The position numbers and the translations under genes are program-made. A model generated the notes under the pieces. That model was given only the letters and a program-made list of their open reading frames with translations. It was not told where the DNA came from and ran no database searches. Shown here in pieces: positions 9,029 to 20,000 of a stretch of 64,000 nucleotides of DNA (position 1 is its first letter; every line of letters begins with the position of its first letter). The DNA lies in contig CAZFKS010000003.1 in the NCBI GenBank assembly GCA_964519725.1, forward strand, positions 15,821 to 79,820, given 5' to 3'. This DNA is from an uncultured Gammaproteobacteria bacterium (GTDB lineage Bacteria > Patescibacteriota > Patescibacteriia > Magasanikbacterales > UBA922).

Positions 9029-10297
9029 CTATGGAAGCAAATTTTTCAAAAATGACCTGACCCCGTCCGAAAGTTTACCAGTGGTCGCGCGCCAGGATTC
9101 ACCTTTGCTTGGACCGGCTGAGACTGCGCTCGCTCCCCATTTAACGAGACCAATGACTGAACCAAAAGCCACGTCTTGAACTTTGTCACTGATACTTTCA
9201 ACGGTGAGTGGATAGCCCAGTGCGCACGGAAGTTGTAATTCTTCTTTGGCTAATTCAACTAGGCCGCCGAGACGTGCCCCACCACCAACAAAATAAGCAC
9301 CGGCTGGCAAGAGACCACTGCGGCCAATTTTGGTCAGCTCAGCATCAACTTTCTCTAAAATTTCCGAAACGCGCGCTTCAATAATTTGACCCACGTAGTA
9401 ACGAGAAACAACTTCTGGTTGAGGTGCACCTAGGTCAGCTAAATTGATCATGTCTTTTTTAGATAAACCTTGTGCCACACACTGGCCATATTCAATTTTC
9501 ACGCGTTCGGCCACATCAATTGGAGTTTTAAGTCCAAGCGCTAAATCATTGGTAATATGTCCAGCACCCACTGGTAAAACCGCAGTGTGTAAAATATCAC
9601 CTTCTTCGTACACCACTAAACTGGTGGTTGAGTTACCCAAATTAATTACCACTGCGCCCAATTCTTTTTGGCGACCAGTTAAAACCACATCACCAGCCGC
9701 AATGACTGACAAGACAAAGTCATCGATGTTGACACCAGTACGATATACGGCTTTGGAAACATTTTTTATGTGCGCTGTCGCCCCAAAAATAATTTTGGTA
9801 TCCACTTCTAACCGGATTCCAGTCATGCCCACTGGATCTTTGATTCCAGTTTGACCATCAACTGAAAAACTCCGCGGTAAGACATGGATAATTTCGTAAT
9901 TAAGTGGTGAAGCCACAGTTTTGGAAGCTTCAAGCGCGCGGGCCACATCTTCTTCCGTAATCTCTCCGTCTGACCGGGCCACAGCTACTACCCCTTTGCT
10001 GTCTTGAGAAATAATATTAGCACCCGATAAACCAACCCACACATTTTCAATTGGCACACCCGTGACTTTTTCCGCAGTTTCTAGCGCATTAGCGAGTGAT
10101 GACACCACTTCTTCAATACTCACAATAATTCCTTTTTGGACACCTTCGGATGGAACTTCAGCGGCACCAATAATTTGCACCGTTCGATCATTTGGGTTCG
10201 CACCAGGACCGCCAACCTGACCCACGGCCACGCGGATGCTTTGGGAACCAATATCAATTCCAGTAATATATTCTGTGTGTTGTTTATTTCGGGCCAT
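9029..10297 (-). CDS. ftsA: cell division protein FtsA
   Basis: Actin-like ITGIDIGSQSIRVAVG N-terminus. Start taken at in-frame ATG (MARNKQH...) 24 codons inside the track ORF. Confidence 0.9.
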   Translation of the reverse strand: MARNKQHTEYITGIDIGSQSIRVAVGQVGGPGANPNDRTVQIIGAAEVPSEGVQKGIIVSIEEVVSSLANALETAEKVTGVPIENVWVGLSGANIISQDSKGVVAVARSDGEITEEDVARALEASKTVASPLNYEIIHVLPRSFSVDGQTGIKDPVGMTGIRLEVDTKIIFGATAHIKNVSKAVYRTGVNIDDFVLSVIAAGDVVLTGRQKELGAVVINLGNSTTSLVVYEEGDILHTAVLPVGAGHITNDLALGLKTPIDVAERVKIEYGQCVAQGLSKKDMINLADLGAPQPEVVSRYYVGQIIEARVSEILEKVDAELTKIGRSGLLPAGAYFVGGGARLGGLVELAKEELQLPCALGYPLTVESISDKVQDVAFGSVIGLVKWGASAVSAGPSKGESWRATTGKLSDGVRSFLKNLLP

Positions 10298-10322
10298 AGT
10301 TGTGCCAATTATACCACGGGAC

Positions 10323-10676
10323 TTACCAGCGCTCAATGACATGGGGGATAAAAATGAAACTAGCCACAATTAGGGCGGTTAAACTAGCAATTAAAACCGC
10401 GCCAGCCGCAATGTCTTTGATCACTCCTGCCTGATCAGTGAGCCTTGGTTTAATCACATCAAGCATTTTTTCTAGAGTGGTGTTGACTAATTCTAAGGCC
10501 AAAACTAAACCTGAGACCACAGTAATAGCCAGCCACTCAGCGCGAGTAACACCAAAATATAAACCAGCCAAAGCCACAACAATGAGGAGGGTTAGTTGAA
10601 CCTGCACATTTTTTTCGCGCCAAAACGCAATCCCAATCCCCCGCGCTGCGTGTTTAAAGCTGGTTAATAAACTCAT
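10323..10676 (-). CDS. dgkA: diacylglycerol kinase family protein (DgkA / undecaprenol kinase)
   Basis: 117 aa, three TM helices, typical prokaryotic DAGK size and layout. Overlaps ybeY by 4 nt. Confidence 0.8.
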   Translation of the reverse strand: MSLLTSFKHAARGIGIAFWREKNVQVQLTLLIVVALAGLYFGVTRAEWLAITVVSGLVLALELVNTTLEKMLDVIKPRLTDQAGVIKDIAAGAVLIASLTALIVASFIFIPHVIERW

Positions 10677-11104
10677 AAAACTGCGGCTAAATATTTTTCT
10701 TGTTTACCAAACATAACTTTGGCTTCAGCTTCGACCAGGTGGTCATAACCAAGAATATGAAGAGTGCCGTGAATGAGCATGCGCAAAAACTCTTCTTTGG
10801 CACTTACTTCCCAAACTTTGGCTTGGCGCTTGATTTGCGCAAGACTAATGAACATGTCACCCAACTCAGATTCGGTTTTGCCTGGCCAATTACCTTCGGT
10901 GGCCGCAAACGATAACACATCTGTCGTTTTATTTTTGCCGCGGTGCACATGGTTCATTTTTTTCATGGTCGCATCACCAATTAAGTGAACACTGATTGAA
11001 CCTTTTTTGTGTTCTCTTTGCAAAACAAAAAAAATTGTCTGTTCAATTTTTTTGTTCGATACTGGGGCTTTGGTTTTTACTTTGGAAAAAATGAGGCATT
11101 CCAT
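10673..11104 (-). CDS. ybeY: rRNA maturation endoribonuclease YbeY
   Basis: HGTLHILGYDH zinc-binding motif and TDVLSF motif; 143 aa. Confidence 0.9.
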   Translation of the reverse strand: MECLIFSKVKTKAPVSNKKIEQTIFFVLQREHKKGSISVHLIGDATMKKMNHVHRGKNKTTDVLSFAATEGNWPGKTESELGDMFISLAQIKRQAKVWEVSAKEEFLRMLIHGTLHILGYDHLVEAEAKVMFGKQEKYLAAVL

Positions 11105-11105
11105 A

Positions 11106-12161
11106 TTAGGTTGAAGAAGTGGTCACAGCCGGCGCCGTGTCAGTAATTCCCACTCCTTTGACCCGCAAACTCTCCAGCATCATCCGGAAAATGTGACGGA
11201 AATTAATTGGACTATTTGTAGCTGGATGATAAATTAAAACCAAAACACTGTTTGGCATATCAACATAAGCTGACAAATCATCTTTGCGGCGAAGATAGGA
11301 AATTTTGAAACGATTGACTCCGCTTTCTAAATCAGTAATCCGCTCACTAGTCGCTGCCCGACCAAACCAGGTGCCAAAATCTTCACCAGAATTTTTTGGA
11401 TATTGCCGGACTTCAATATAATCACCATTGGCGGCTGTAATTAAAATGGTATTTCCAGCGGGATCAATGGTGCCAACAGTCCAAGGCACTGGGTAATACA
11501 AACGGTAAGCATCGGCTGGCGCTACGTACTCACGGACCAAACCTGAGTCAATAATTCGAACTGGAGCCAGGCCCTTTGGGTTGTACAAATTTCCCACTTC
11601 TTGGCCGTCATAATATTCGTCTTTGTCAGTATCAAACACTGAGGGATCAGTCCCAAACACTTCTTCTTCAGCGTCAGTTAGACCATCAGCATCAAAATCT
11701 GTGGTATCAATTTGATTAATGGTTGAAAATTCTAACGCTAGTTCAGATAAACTAGGTAAATTTGACGTTGTGCTTGAAGGCGTAGTTTCATCAGTACTAG
11801 TTGGGGTAATAATTTCTGTAGTTGTAGTTGGTGTAACAATCGCGACTTCGGCTGGTTTTTTCTCAGTGGTAACAGTTTTAGCTGGAGTATCTAGTCGCAA
11901 ATAATTCCAGTAATACCAGCCTGCAGCGGCACAAGCACTGACAAAAATAAAAATCATGACCGCGGCAATAAGTTTGGTTCGGACTGGACTGACTACATCA
12001 GAACTTGGGGCTGAAATTTTAGGAGTCAGAACTTTACCTGAGCTAGTACTAGTCTGTACCGCCTCTGGATCATTACCACCATAAAACACTTCGGGAATGG
12101 TCATGACCGAAGCATTAGCATTTACCGGCGCTGGCGTGGATTGGTGACCGCGACCAAACAT
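11106..12161 (-). CDS. membrane-anchored Thr/Pro-rich protein with thrombospondin type 3-like calcium-binding repeats
   Basis: N-terminal TM (LIAAVMIFIFVSACAAAGWYYW), Thr-rich linker, repeats DADGLTDAEEEVFGTDPSVFDTDKDEYYDGQEV (DxDxDG-type). Confidence 0.6.
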   Translation of the reverse strand: MFGRGHQSTPAPVNANASVMTIPEVFYGGNDPEAVQTSTSSGKVLTPKISAPSSDVVSPVRTKLIAAVMIFIFVSACAAAGWYYWNYLRLDTPAKTVTTEKKPAEVAIVTPTTTTEIITPTSTDETTPSSTTSNLPSLSELALEFSTINQIDTTDFDADGLTDAEEEVFGTDPSVFDTDKDEYYDGQEVGNLYNPKGLAPVRIIDSGLVREYVAPADAYRLYYPVPWTVGTIDPAGNTILITAANGDYIEVRQYPKNSGEDFGTWFGRAATSERITDLESGVNRFKISYLRRKDDLSAYVDMPNSVLVLIYHPATNSPINFRHIFRMMLESLRVKGVGITDTAPAVTTSST

Positions 12162-12163
12162 AA

Positions 12164-13114
12164 TTATTTTGTGGTTGTCGCTGTAGCAGCTGTCGCACTG
12201 GTTGAGGTTGGGGTTGGGAACAATTTACCATCTCCACGCGGGTTATAACCATTGCGGATTTCCATACCATCTGGATAAGTATCACCATCAGTATCATTTT
12301 TCTTTGGATCAGTTTTCCACGTTAACACTTCATCACCATCACTAAGCGTATCGCTGTCTGTGTCCCAAAGCAGCATGTCAGTGCCGATTTTCTTTTCGTA
12401 TTCATCATCAAGACCATCGCTATCAGTATCTAACGTTGGTTCACCAAATAAAATCCGACTATCAGTACTACTAGCATTACCATTTGTTTGTTCTGTAGTT
12501 TCGGTATTTTCGGTTGGGGTTGTATTTGGTGTAGTGGTAGCTACTGGTAAACTTGGAACCACTGGCGAACTACTTGGGTTAATATAAGTAAAATAAACCC
12601 AGGCTCCAGCCGCACTAACCACACCTAAACTCAAAACCACCATTAAAGTTACCCAGACTTTGCGCCCGCCCATTGGGTCACGGAGCATATTGTCAGGTGG
12701 GGTCCCAGCCATGGTGTTCATTGGTGCGTTCATTCCCGCACCTTGACCCAGACCAGCCAAACCACGCATGGCTCCAGTTTGAGCTGGTGGCATGGTTGGG
12801 TTCAGTGATGGTGCTTGGCGAACTGGTGCCGTTGGTGTGGCCACCGTTGGCAGTGGCGGTAAATCTGGCAAGTCCATACCTTCCATGTCTTCATCAGCCA
12901 CTGGAATTGATGGTGGCAATGGACTGCGTGGTTTGAGCACTCCAGCATCCAAAGCTGACGGCACCATTGGCGCAGGCTCAGTTGGCAAAGAAACATTAGG
13001 TGGAGAAGAAAAATCAGCGCCCATGGCCGAACTATCTGAACCAGCAAACATGTCGTCTGGCTCACCGACTGGTAAATTTGGTGGCGTAGTGTTTGGGGTC
13101 TGATTATCAAACAT
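12164..13114 (-). CDS. Pro/Thr-rich membrane protein with TSP3-like repeats (paralog of neighbours)
   Basis: TM segment VWVTLMVVLSLGVVSAAGAWVYF; C-terminal DTDSDGLDDEYEKKIGTD...DTDGDTYPDGMEIRNGYNPRG repeats. Confidence 0.6.
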   Translation of the reverse strand: MFDNQTPNTTPPNLPVGEPDDMFAGSDSSAMGADFSSPPNVSLPTEPAPMVPSALDAGVLKPRSPLPPSIPVADEDMEGMDLPDLPPLPTVATPTAPVRQAPSLNPTMPPAQTGAMRGLAGLGQGAGMNAPMNTMAGTPPDNMLRDPMGGRKVWVTLMVVLSLGVVSAAGAWVYFTYINPSSSPVVPSLPVATTTPNTTPTENTETTEQTNGNASSTDSRILFGEPTLDTDSDGLDDEYEKKIGTDMLLWDTDSDTLSDGDEVLTWKTDPKKNDTDGDTYPDGMEIRNGYNPRGDGKLFPTPTSTSATAATATTTK

Positions 13115-13115
13115 A

Positions 13116-14039
13116 CTAGTTCTTTTTTACTTCGTAATTTTTAACAACTGCTTTAAGATACAAAGTTGTTTCAGCCTTAAGCTGTGGTTTAAGCAATTTA
13201 ACATTAATGAATTTAAGCGAACTAGTAGTTACGCTGGCCGCACGGTTACCTGTCCCCATCGGGTTGTAACCTTGCAGTACTTCAACCGCATCAGTGTAAC
13301 CATCATTATCTGAATCCCGAGAATTTGGGTCAGTGCCGTATTTTTCTAATTCGACTCGGTCACTAAGACCATCACCATCAGTGTCAAAATTTTCACTACT
13401 GAGACCAAGGTCAGCTTCGGCAGCATCATCAATTCCGTCACGGTCTTTATCTTTGGCTTTGACTGGACGCACAATCCCTGAAGCGTCAGGCGTTCGAGCC
13501 GCAGTCCGGCTCTCAATAAAAGCAGCGACCGTAGTTCTTTGGTTGCGTAAAGCAGTGACCGCATCAGTAACTTTGGTTTTATCAGTTTCATTGGTTATAT
13601 TACCAGCAATATCACGGAGCAAGTCTTCGGCTGCACCAAAGTACACTTCAACACTATCTACCAGATCAGCTTTGACTTCTTCGTTTCCGTCTTGCCAACG
13701 CTCGAGCCGCTTGCTCACTACTTCTGACAAAACAGCGGCCCGTTCCACTAATTTAGAGGCTTTGCTGTCAGTAGTGCTACCAAGCTGGGCACTCGCAATA
13801 ATATTGGCGAGGTGTAAATTATCACTAGCAAACTGTACTCGCAAATCAGTATCAGACTCTTCATTAAAGGTAAACCACAATTGCATCCGTTGATTTAAGT
13901 CGCGAAAAAATAAAGAGACAGCGCCTGGGACATCCTGGCTTGGCGGAGCTGACGTGGTGCGAGTTTGGGCCAAAGTTACGGCTGGCACCAAACTTAACAC
14001 AAGCATTGAGATGGCGACGAGCTTTAAGAGTTGTTTCAT
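13116..14039 (-). CDS. secreted protein with N-terminal helical domain and C-terminal TSP3-like repeats (paralog of neighbours)
   Basis: Signal peptide MKQLLKLVAISMLVLSLVPAVTLAQ; DKDRDGIDD...DTDGDGLSD...DSDNDGYTDAVEVLQGYNPMG repeats. Confidence 0.6.
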   Translation of the reverse strand: MKQLLKLVAISMLVLSLVPAVTLAQTRTTSAPPSQDVPGAVSLFFRDLNQRMQLWFTFNEESDTDLRVQFASDNLHLANIIASAQLGSTTDSKASKLVERAAVLSEVVSKRLERWQDGNEEVKADLVDSVEVYFGAAEDLLRDIAGNITNETDKTKVTDAVTALRNQRTTVAAFIESRTAARTPDASGIVRPVKAKDKDRDGIDDAAEADLGLSSENFDTDGDGLSDRVELEKYGTDPNSRDSDNDGYTDAVEVLQGYNPMGTGNRAASVTTSSLKFINVKLLKPQLKAETTLYLKAVVKNYEVKKN

Positions 14040-14076
14040 AATTATTACTAATTATACCACGGTCAAAAAATTAATT

Positions 14077-17000
14077 CTATTGACTACAACTTTCACCTGG
14101 AATGTGATTCAGAGTTGAACAAAAAGTACTCTGCAACATACCATCAGCGTATTCACCAGTGACTGTACCAGAACTATTGGTTTGTGGAACTTTTTTAACT
14201 ACATACACATTCCCCTCTTTGACTAAATTGAATGCGTGCCAATATTGCGCCGCACTTGGATTAGATGTACTTGAACCAGTATTTTTAATACTGAAAGTGT
14301 AGGTTGGACCATAAATTGAATAGAGTGGTACTTGGCCGTCGCGATATTCGTACACCCGAACTTGGAGGTCGCCGTTGCGCTGGGCAGGCAAACCACTGGA
14401 ACCATATTCACCAACCAAGAAAGCAAATGGCTTAGTACTATTGGTTGGAGGTTTAATGGTAAATGCAATGGTTTGCACAGTTTTTGAATTTACTTGCTCA
14501 GAAATTTTTACACCATTGACTTCACGACACAGGTACCGCGCTTTACTACTGTAAGGTAATTTGTTAGCAAAGGTACGGAAACCCAGGGCGTTTGGTGCCC
14601 AGTATCCTGCAATTTGGCTCATGTTATTGCACGCATCAATCGTAGGCGGAACAAATTTATTGACTTCGTTCATCCAAGCTTCGAGGCCATCTTTAATCTC
14701 TTCATCAGAGCAAATACTACCGCCATTGTCAGCTTCTGATCGAGGTTGGCCATAAACATCAACACAAGGATGTTCCTGGTAAGTACTGTCATTGTTAATC
14801 ATATCAACCACGGTTTGCAGATTTGGAATCAGAGTTTGTGCAGTGGCTGCAGTCAAATAATCAATGAGTGAATCTTCTTTTACGGCCGTACTGCCTGTAC
14901 TTGGAGTTTCATCATTGTAAACCAGGCCATTGAATTTTGCGTTCGTGTCAGTCCAACTCATCACCACCCGGAAAGTACTTGGTGGTACTGCCGGTGAGTA
15001 GAAAATTTGTTGTTCAATTTTATCAGCCTGCCCATTTACTGGGAAGACAAAAGTGCTACCATTTAAATCTGAGCCTTTAATTGTACTGGCAGTTGAACCA
15101 TTTTTTACAACTTTAGCCGCATTAAAGACAACTGTGTATTTGTTAGTACACTGATTATTAGTTTGAATGTAGTCATCTATATCGCCAGTTACACCATTAA
15201 CCATGCGGCGCAAATTAAGTGCAGTGTTATTATTAGCATATTTGGTGAGCCCACTTGAAAGAGCCTGTTTTTGTGCATTGGTGCCAGTTTGATTGGCGTC
15301 TAAGCCGCGGAATAAGGAGATGGTGTAACTATCATCGTACAGGTCACCAAAGCTTTGGGTAGCTGGAACAAGTGGATTAATAACCCGAACTTGTGGTAAT
15401 GCACCTTTCTCAAAAAAACCACATTGCAAACATTGCGGTATTACGGTTTTACAACTTGAACAAGAATACGAACCAAATTCTGAACAACTAGCCACAAAGG
15501 TAGATGGAGTGCAATTTGAGTATTTTTTGTTACAAGCAGCATTACAATCAGCGTTACCATTACAGGTTAAGAGACATTCTTGCAGGCCGACTCCACAGTC
15601 AGAAGTATTGCCTGAACCACTCAGTGCGATAATACTACCATCACTCTTAGTTTCACATTTTTCACCTGGATCAAGCGTGCCATTACCACAGTAAACTAAA
15701 TTATCAGTGGTTAAAATCTTACAACCCTTACCACAATAACTGCAGTATTTTTCACCAGTTACTGGTACACATTTTACATCATTATTTTTTCCCGCATCGC
15801 ACTCCTCACCTAACTCTTTTTCCAAAACACCGTTTCCACACTGAGCGGCTGCAGTATCTGGCGGCAAGTTATTCACCCCTCCTGGTACATAAATTCCATT
15901 ACAACTAACCACATCTGGAGCAAGAACTGCTAACACAAAATCACTGATCTTAGAAGATACTCCTAATTTAGAATAATTACTATCACAACCAAGTACAGTT
16001 GAACCAATTTTTACTTCTTTACACGTTAAATTGGCCGCGGCGCATAAACTACGTGGCGTGGCGGCATTACAAGAACTTTCTGATAAAAAGCCGCCGCTAA
16101 TTGGAAGGGTGAAATTAGTAACACCATTTTCAATGGTTGATTTAGCTTCCACCGCTTTGAGACAACTAATTGCTGGCAATTTACAATTGGCCATACATTT
16201 AGCATCGTCTTTGGTATTACCATCATCACACTCCTCACCTTTATCAGTTTGGGTAAGGCCATCACCACAATACGCGCCGTATTCCTGACAATCCCAAGCA
16301 CATGATTTGGCTTGAGCCGCATTATAATTGGCTGTAAACAAACTACCTGGGACTGACGGGTCACAGAATTCAAGAGCTTTACCAGTTGAGTCTTTGTCGA
16401 GTTTACCATTACCACAATAGCCAGCGGCCGCCAGGCCAGTACATCCAGGGGCGCCATCAGTAGGAGCATTACAGTGACCGTAGGTGCCATTTAGAGCACC
16501 ATCATCGCAACTTTCACCACCCTCGACAATCCCATTACCACAAGAACCAGCACTACCACAAGAACCATATTGCCAAGTACAAGAATTGGTACAGGTGCGG
16601 GTAACAATTTGGTTAGCTGGACACTGAACCGTACCATAACCACTTGGCACACAAGTATCAGAGGTAAAGGTAGCTGTCTTAGTTAAAGTTTCATTACAGT
16701 AAAAATTAGGCTTTTCTGAATTGTAGTAGTTGGCAAAATCACCAAGCCCACTTGGGGCTTTGGCTAGGGTTTTAGCGGCCGGATCATACGATGCCAAACC
16801 AAGATTAGTTAAATTATTTCCTGCATCATAGTTTCGATCAACCTGACAATTGGCGTTTGAACTACAAGACACTAATTCAAATTCATCATTACCTTGGCGC
16901 GGCATGGTTCGGTACGGTAGTAAAATAGCTGATCCACGGTTAACAGCGCAGACCCCTTGTTTTCCATCCGCTACGTGTACTTTGGCTGCGGGTGATCCGG

Positions 17001-20000
17001 TAGCAAAGTTTTGTGAATATTGACCACATTGAGCTGCGGTGGTGCAAGATTTAGAACTAGCCCATGATGCACATTTAAACGTAGTGGCATTTTGAATTTC
17101 AGTCACTTGTTCAATTGTTCCTGGCGGTTCACATTGTTCGTTAGCATTTAAAACCCCGTCACCACATTTTTCACTAAATGGATTGTACGCGCCAGAAGCA
17201 CAACCAGCCCAGCGACTAGAGCTAAAGTTAGCCACATTTACTTGGTCTTTAGTAACCTGGTCATTAACCGTGAAGAATTCAAGTGGAGCGTGGAAAATAT
17301 AAGACCGAGTACTTGGGACATATTCATATTCGTAAACACTGGCGTATTTTGGACAGTAATACGTAGTGTTGCCCGCGTTCCAACAGGTTTGCTTGTCATC
17401 AGCCTGACAATTGGTCCACTGGTTAAGTGGATCAGTTGGGAGTCCACCCACTAACGTTTGTAGTGTGCCCCATGATTGACCCCAACGTGATACCGTGTAA
17501 CCCGGTGCAAATGAGCCACCTGCCAAATCACCTTTAAAATCAAATTTATCTTTGTTAGCCGCAAAGTATTCATCAATGTTTTCTTGGGCTGTACGAACAT
17601 CAGCTAGGCGCTTCCAATCACGTTGGAATTTAGTGCGTGCGTTGGAACAAACACCACTGGTTCCAGCCAAAGCCACGCCTTCGGCATCGCGACAATTAAA
17701 ATCAGTCGTACACTGAGTGGCACTAAACAGATTTGGATTAGTGCGAATATTTCCACCAGGTTTTAAACAATAACCATGGTTAGTAACATTAATGTTGAAT
17801 TGCAAATTATCAATGAATTTCTTAAACACAGCCCGACTTTCATCACTCGCATTTGGATTAATACTGAACAAATAAATATTACTGTAAACTTTATCATCAG
17901 TTGGTGAGCTACTGGCGCCCGGAGCTAAATTCAAGGCTTGAACATAGTAATTATTATTGTCAGTCAGGGCGCGGTAACCACCAACGGTTGTAGCTTGCAT
18001 TGAGCCAGTGGTACCAAATTTCTTTTCATACCATTCGACGAGTGGTTCTTCACTCGAGAAAACTTGAATCCCAATCGCGTCCTCATTTTTATCATTGAAG
18101 AATACTAATTTGCGGAGCGTATCAGTTGAGCCAGGCACACCACCCAGTGATAAAGCATCTTTTAACAGCGGTAAATCATCACTGGCATCACCAGCTTTAC
18201 CGCTGTCAGCACAATAACCAGTAGAAAAATTATACTCAGTGTCTTTGTATGGGAAATTAGCTTCACTTGGCCATGGACGTTCACAGAAGAATGCAGTCAA
18301 TTGGAACGTGCCACTAAAAATTTTACCCTTTTGATTATTTTCTGTGCTCGCATCTTCAGTCACAATTGCTTGCGCTACACCAGTTACTTCACCAGCTACA
18401 TTTTTAGCAGTTACATTTAATTTATTAGTTGGTGTTTGCGGTGCAAAATCAAAGACTGGATTGTTTTGTGGTAACCAAGCCCAATCCCAGCGGTAACCCG
18501 CGACTGGGACAATTTTACCGGTCGTGCCCGCGTCATCAGTAAAGCCAAGCGCAGTAAAGGTGGCTGAAGTATTTGGTTTTTTGAATAAATAGCTTGTTGG
18601 GTCAACGACTACACCAGATAATTTACAAATTTTCGCGCCAGTTTTGAAGAACCAGGAATCATTACGACTGTTATTTTCGCTATCTGGTTTTGAGCCAAGT
18701 GGAACACCGCGCACATCAGTAATACCACCGCGATCACCACGGAGTAGCACACCGTACACAGTGGTTGGTTCAAGCGCCTGACTAATTGCCAGTGAAGCTA
18801 CGGTTGCTTTGGTACTATCTGGTTTGGTAATGGTGTGTGACTCAGTGGTCACTGGCATGCCAACTGAACACCAGGTTTTAATATTTTTAAATTCTGACAA
18901 ATCAGTCACAGTGGTAGCGGTTGCTGAATTTCCCAGCAAATCATGGAACCAAGCCACAATACGCTGCCACAGTCTGGCCCAGAACCCAAGATCTGGAGTT
19001 TCACCAGCCACAGTTTTTTTAACGTAACTAGTGAAGTCTTGGCCATTCACAGGATCAGCGGTACAATCAAAATTTGACTCTGTAAAGCCACGTACCAAGA
19101 ACATGTTTTGGGAAATGGTGTCAGAGTTTAATTCTTTGCTAAATTCAACTTCAATATTGGTGTTGCGACACACACCCGCACTAAAGAAACCAGCGCCATC
19201 AGCTGGGCTTTCTGCCACCCGTTTTGGTCGCAATTGACAACATGATTGACCATCGACACCTTTGCTATTATCATAATTATTTGGACAATCATTGTACGCA
19301 TTACCCTCAACATCTGCGTCAATTTTGGACAAACTAATTGGTTGATCAAATTCTTGGTAACCACATTGCAGGCGATAATCAGCCGTACTGCTCACAGTTT
19401 TATTTTCGGTCACCGTGTTCACGTGGATATCAGTTTGCTGGTAGGTTTGACCAGCCACTAAACTACCCTGACCAACTGCTTCCACTAATTGAGTTGGGCC
19501 AGCCGTATTACTGCTATCACCACTTGGTAATTCACAACTTTTGTTTTCACCAATACCAATCGTAGTGTCACCACAAATTGATGGCGTGCTGTAACTAGTT
19601 TTTGAACCTTGAAGCGTACACTTATTAGTACAACCTAAGTCACCAGCCTGGCATGGACGTTTATCAGCTGGTAAACCGCAAGCATCAATAAACAAACACT
19701 GCGAGCTACAAACACCAGCTCCAGACGCATTTGGGCCACTAATTTCACAATCTTCAGCCTGCTCAATAATACCATTACCACAGACACTCACGCTGTTCAA
19801 ACAGGCTGGATTAGTACCAAAATTAGCTTGATTATCTTTACACCAGAAACTCGCGACTTTGGTGCCAGCATGCAAACATTGATTAGTACAACCTGCTTTT
19901 GTAGCTGGATCATTTGGATCACACAGTTCTTGGCCAGCTGTTACAAAAGAGTCGCCACAATTAGCCACACCAACGGTGGTATTACCTGTCGTTGAACCTT

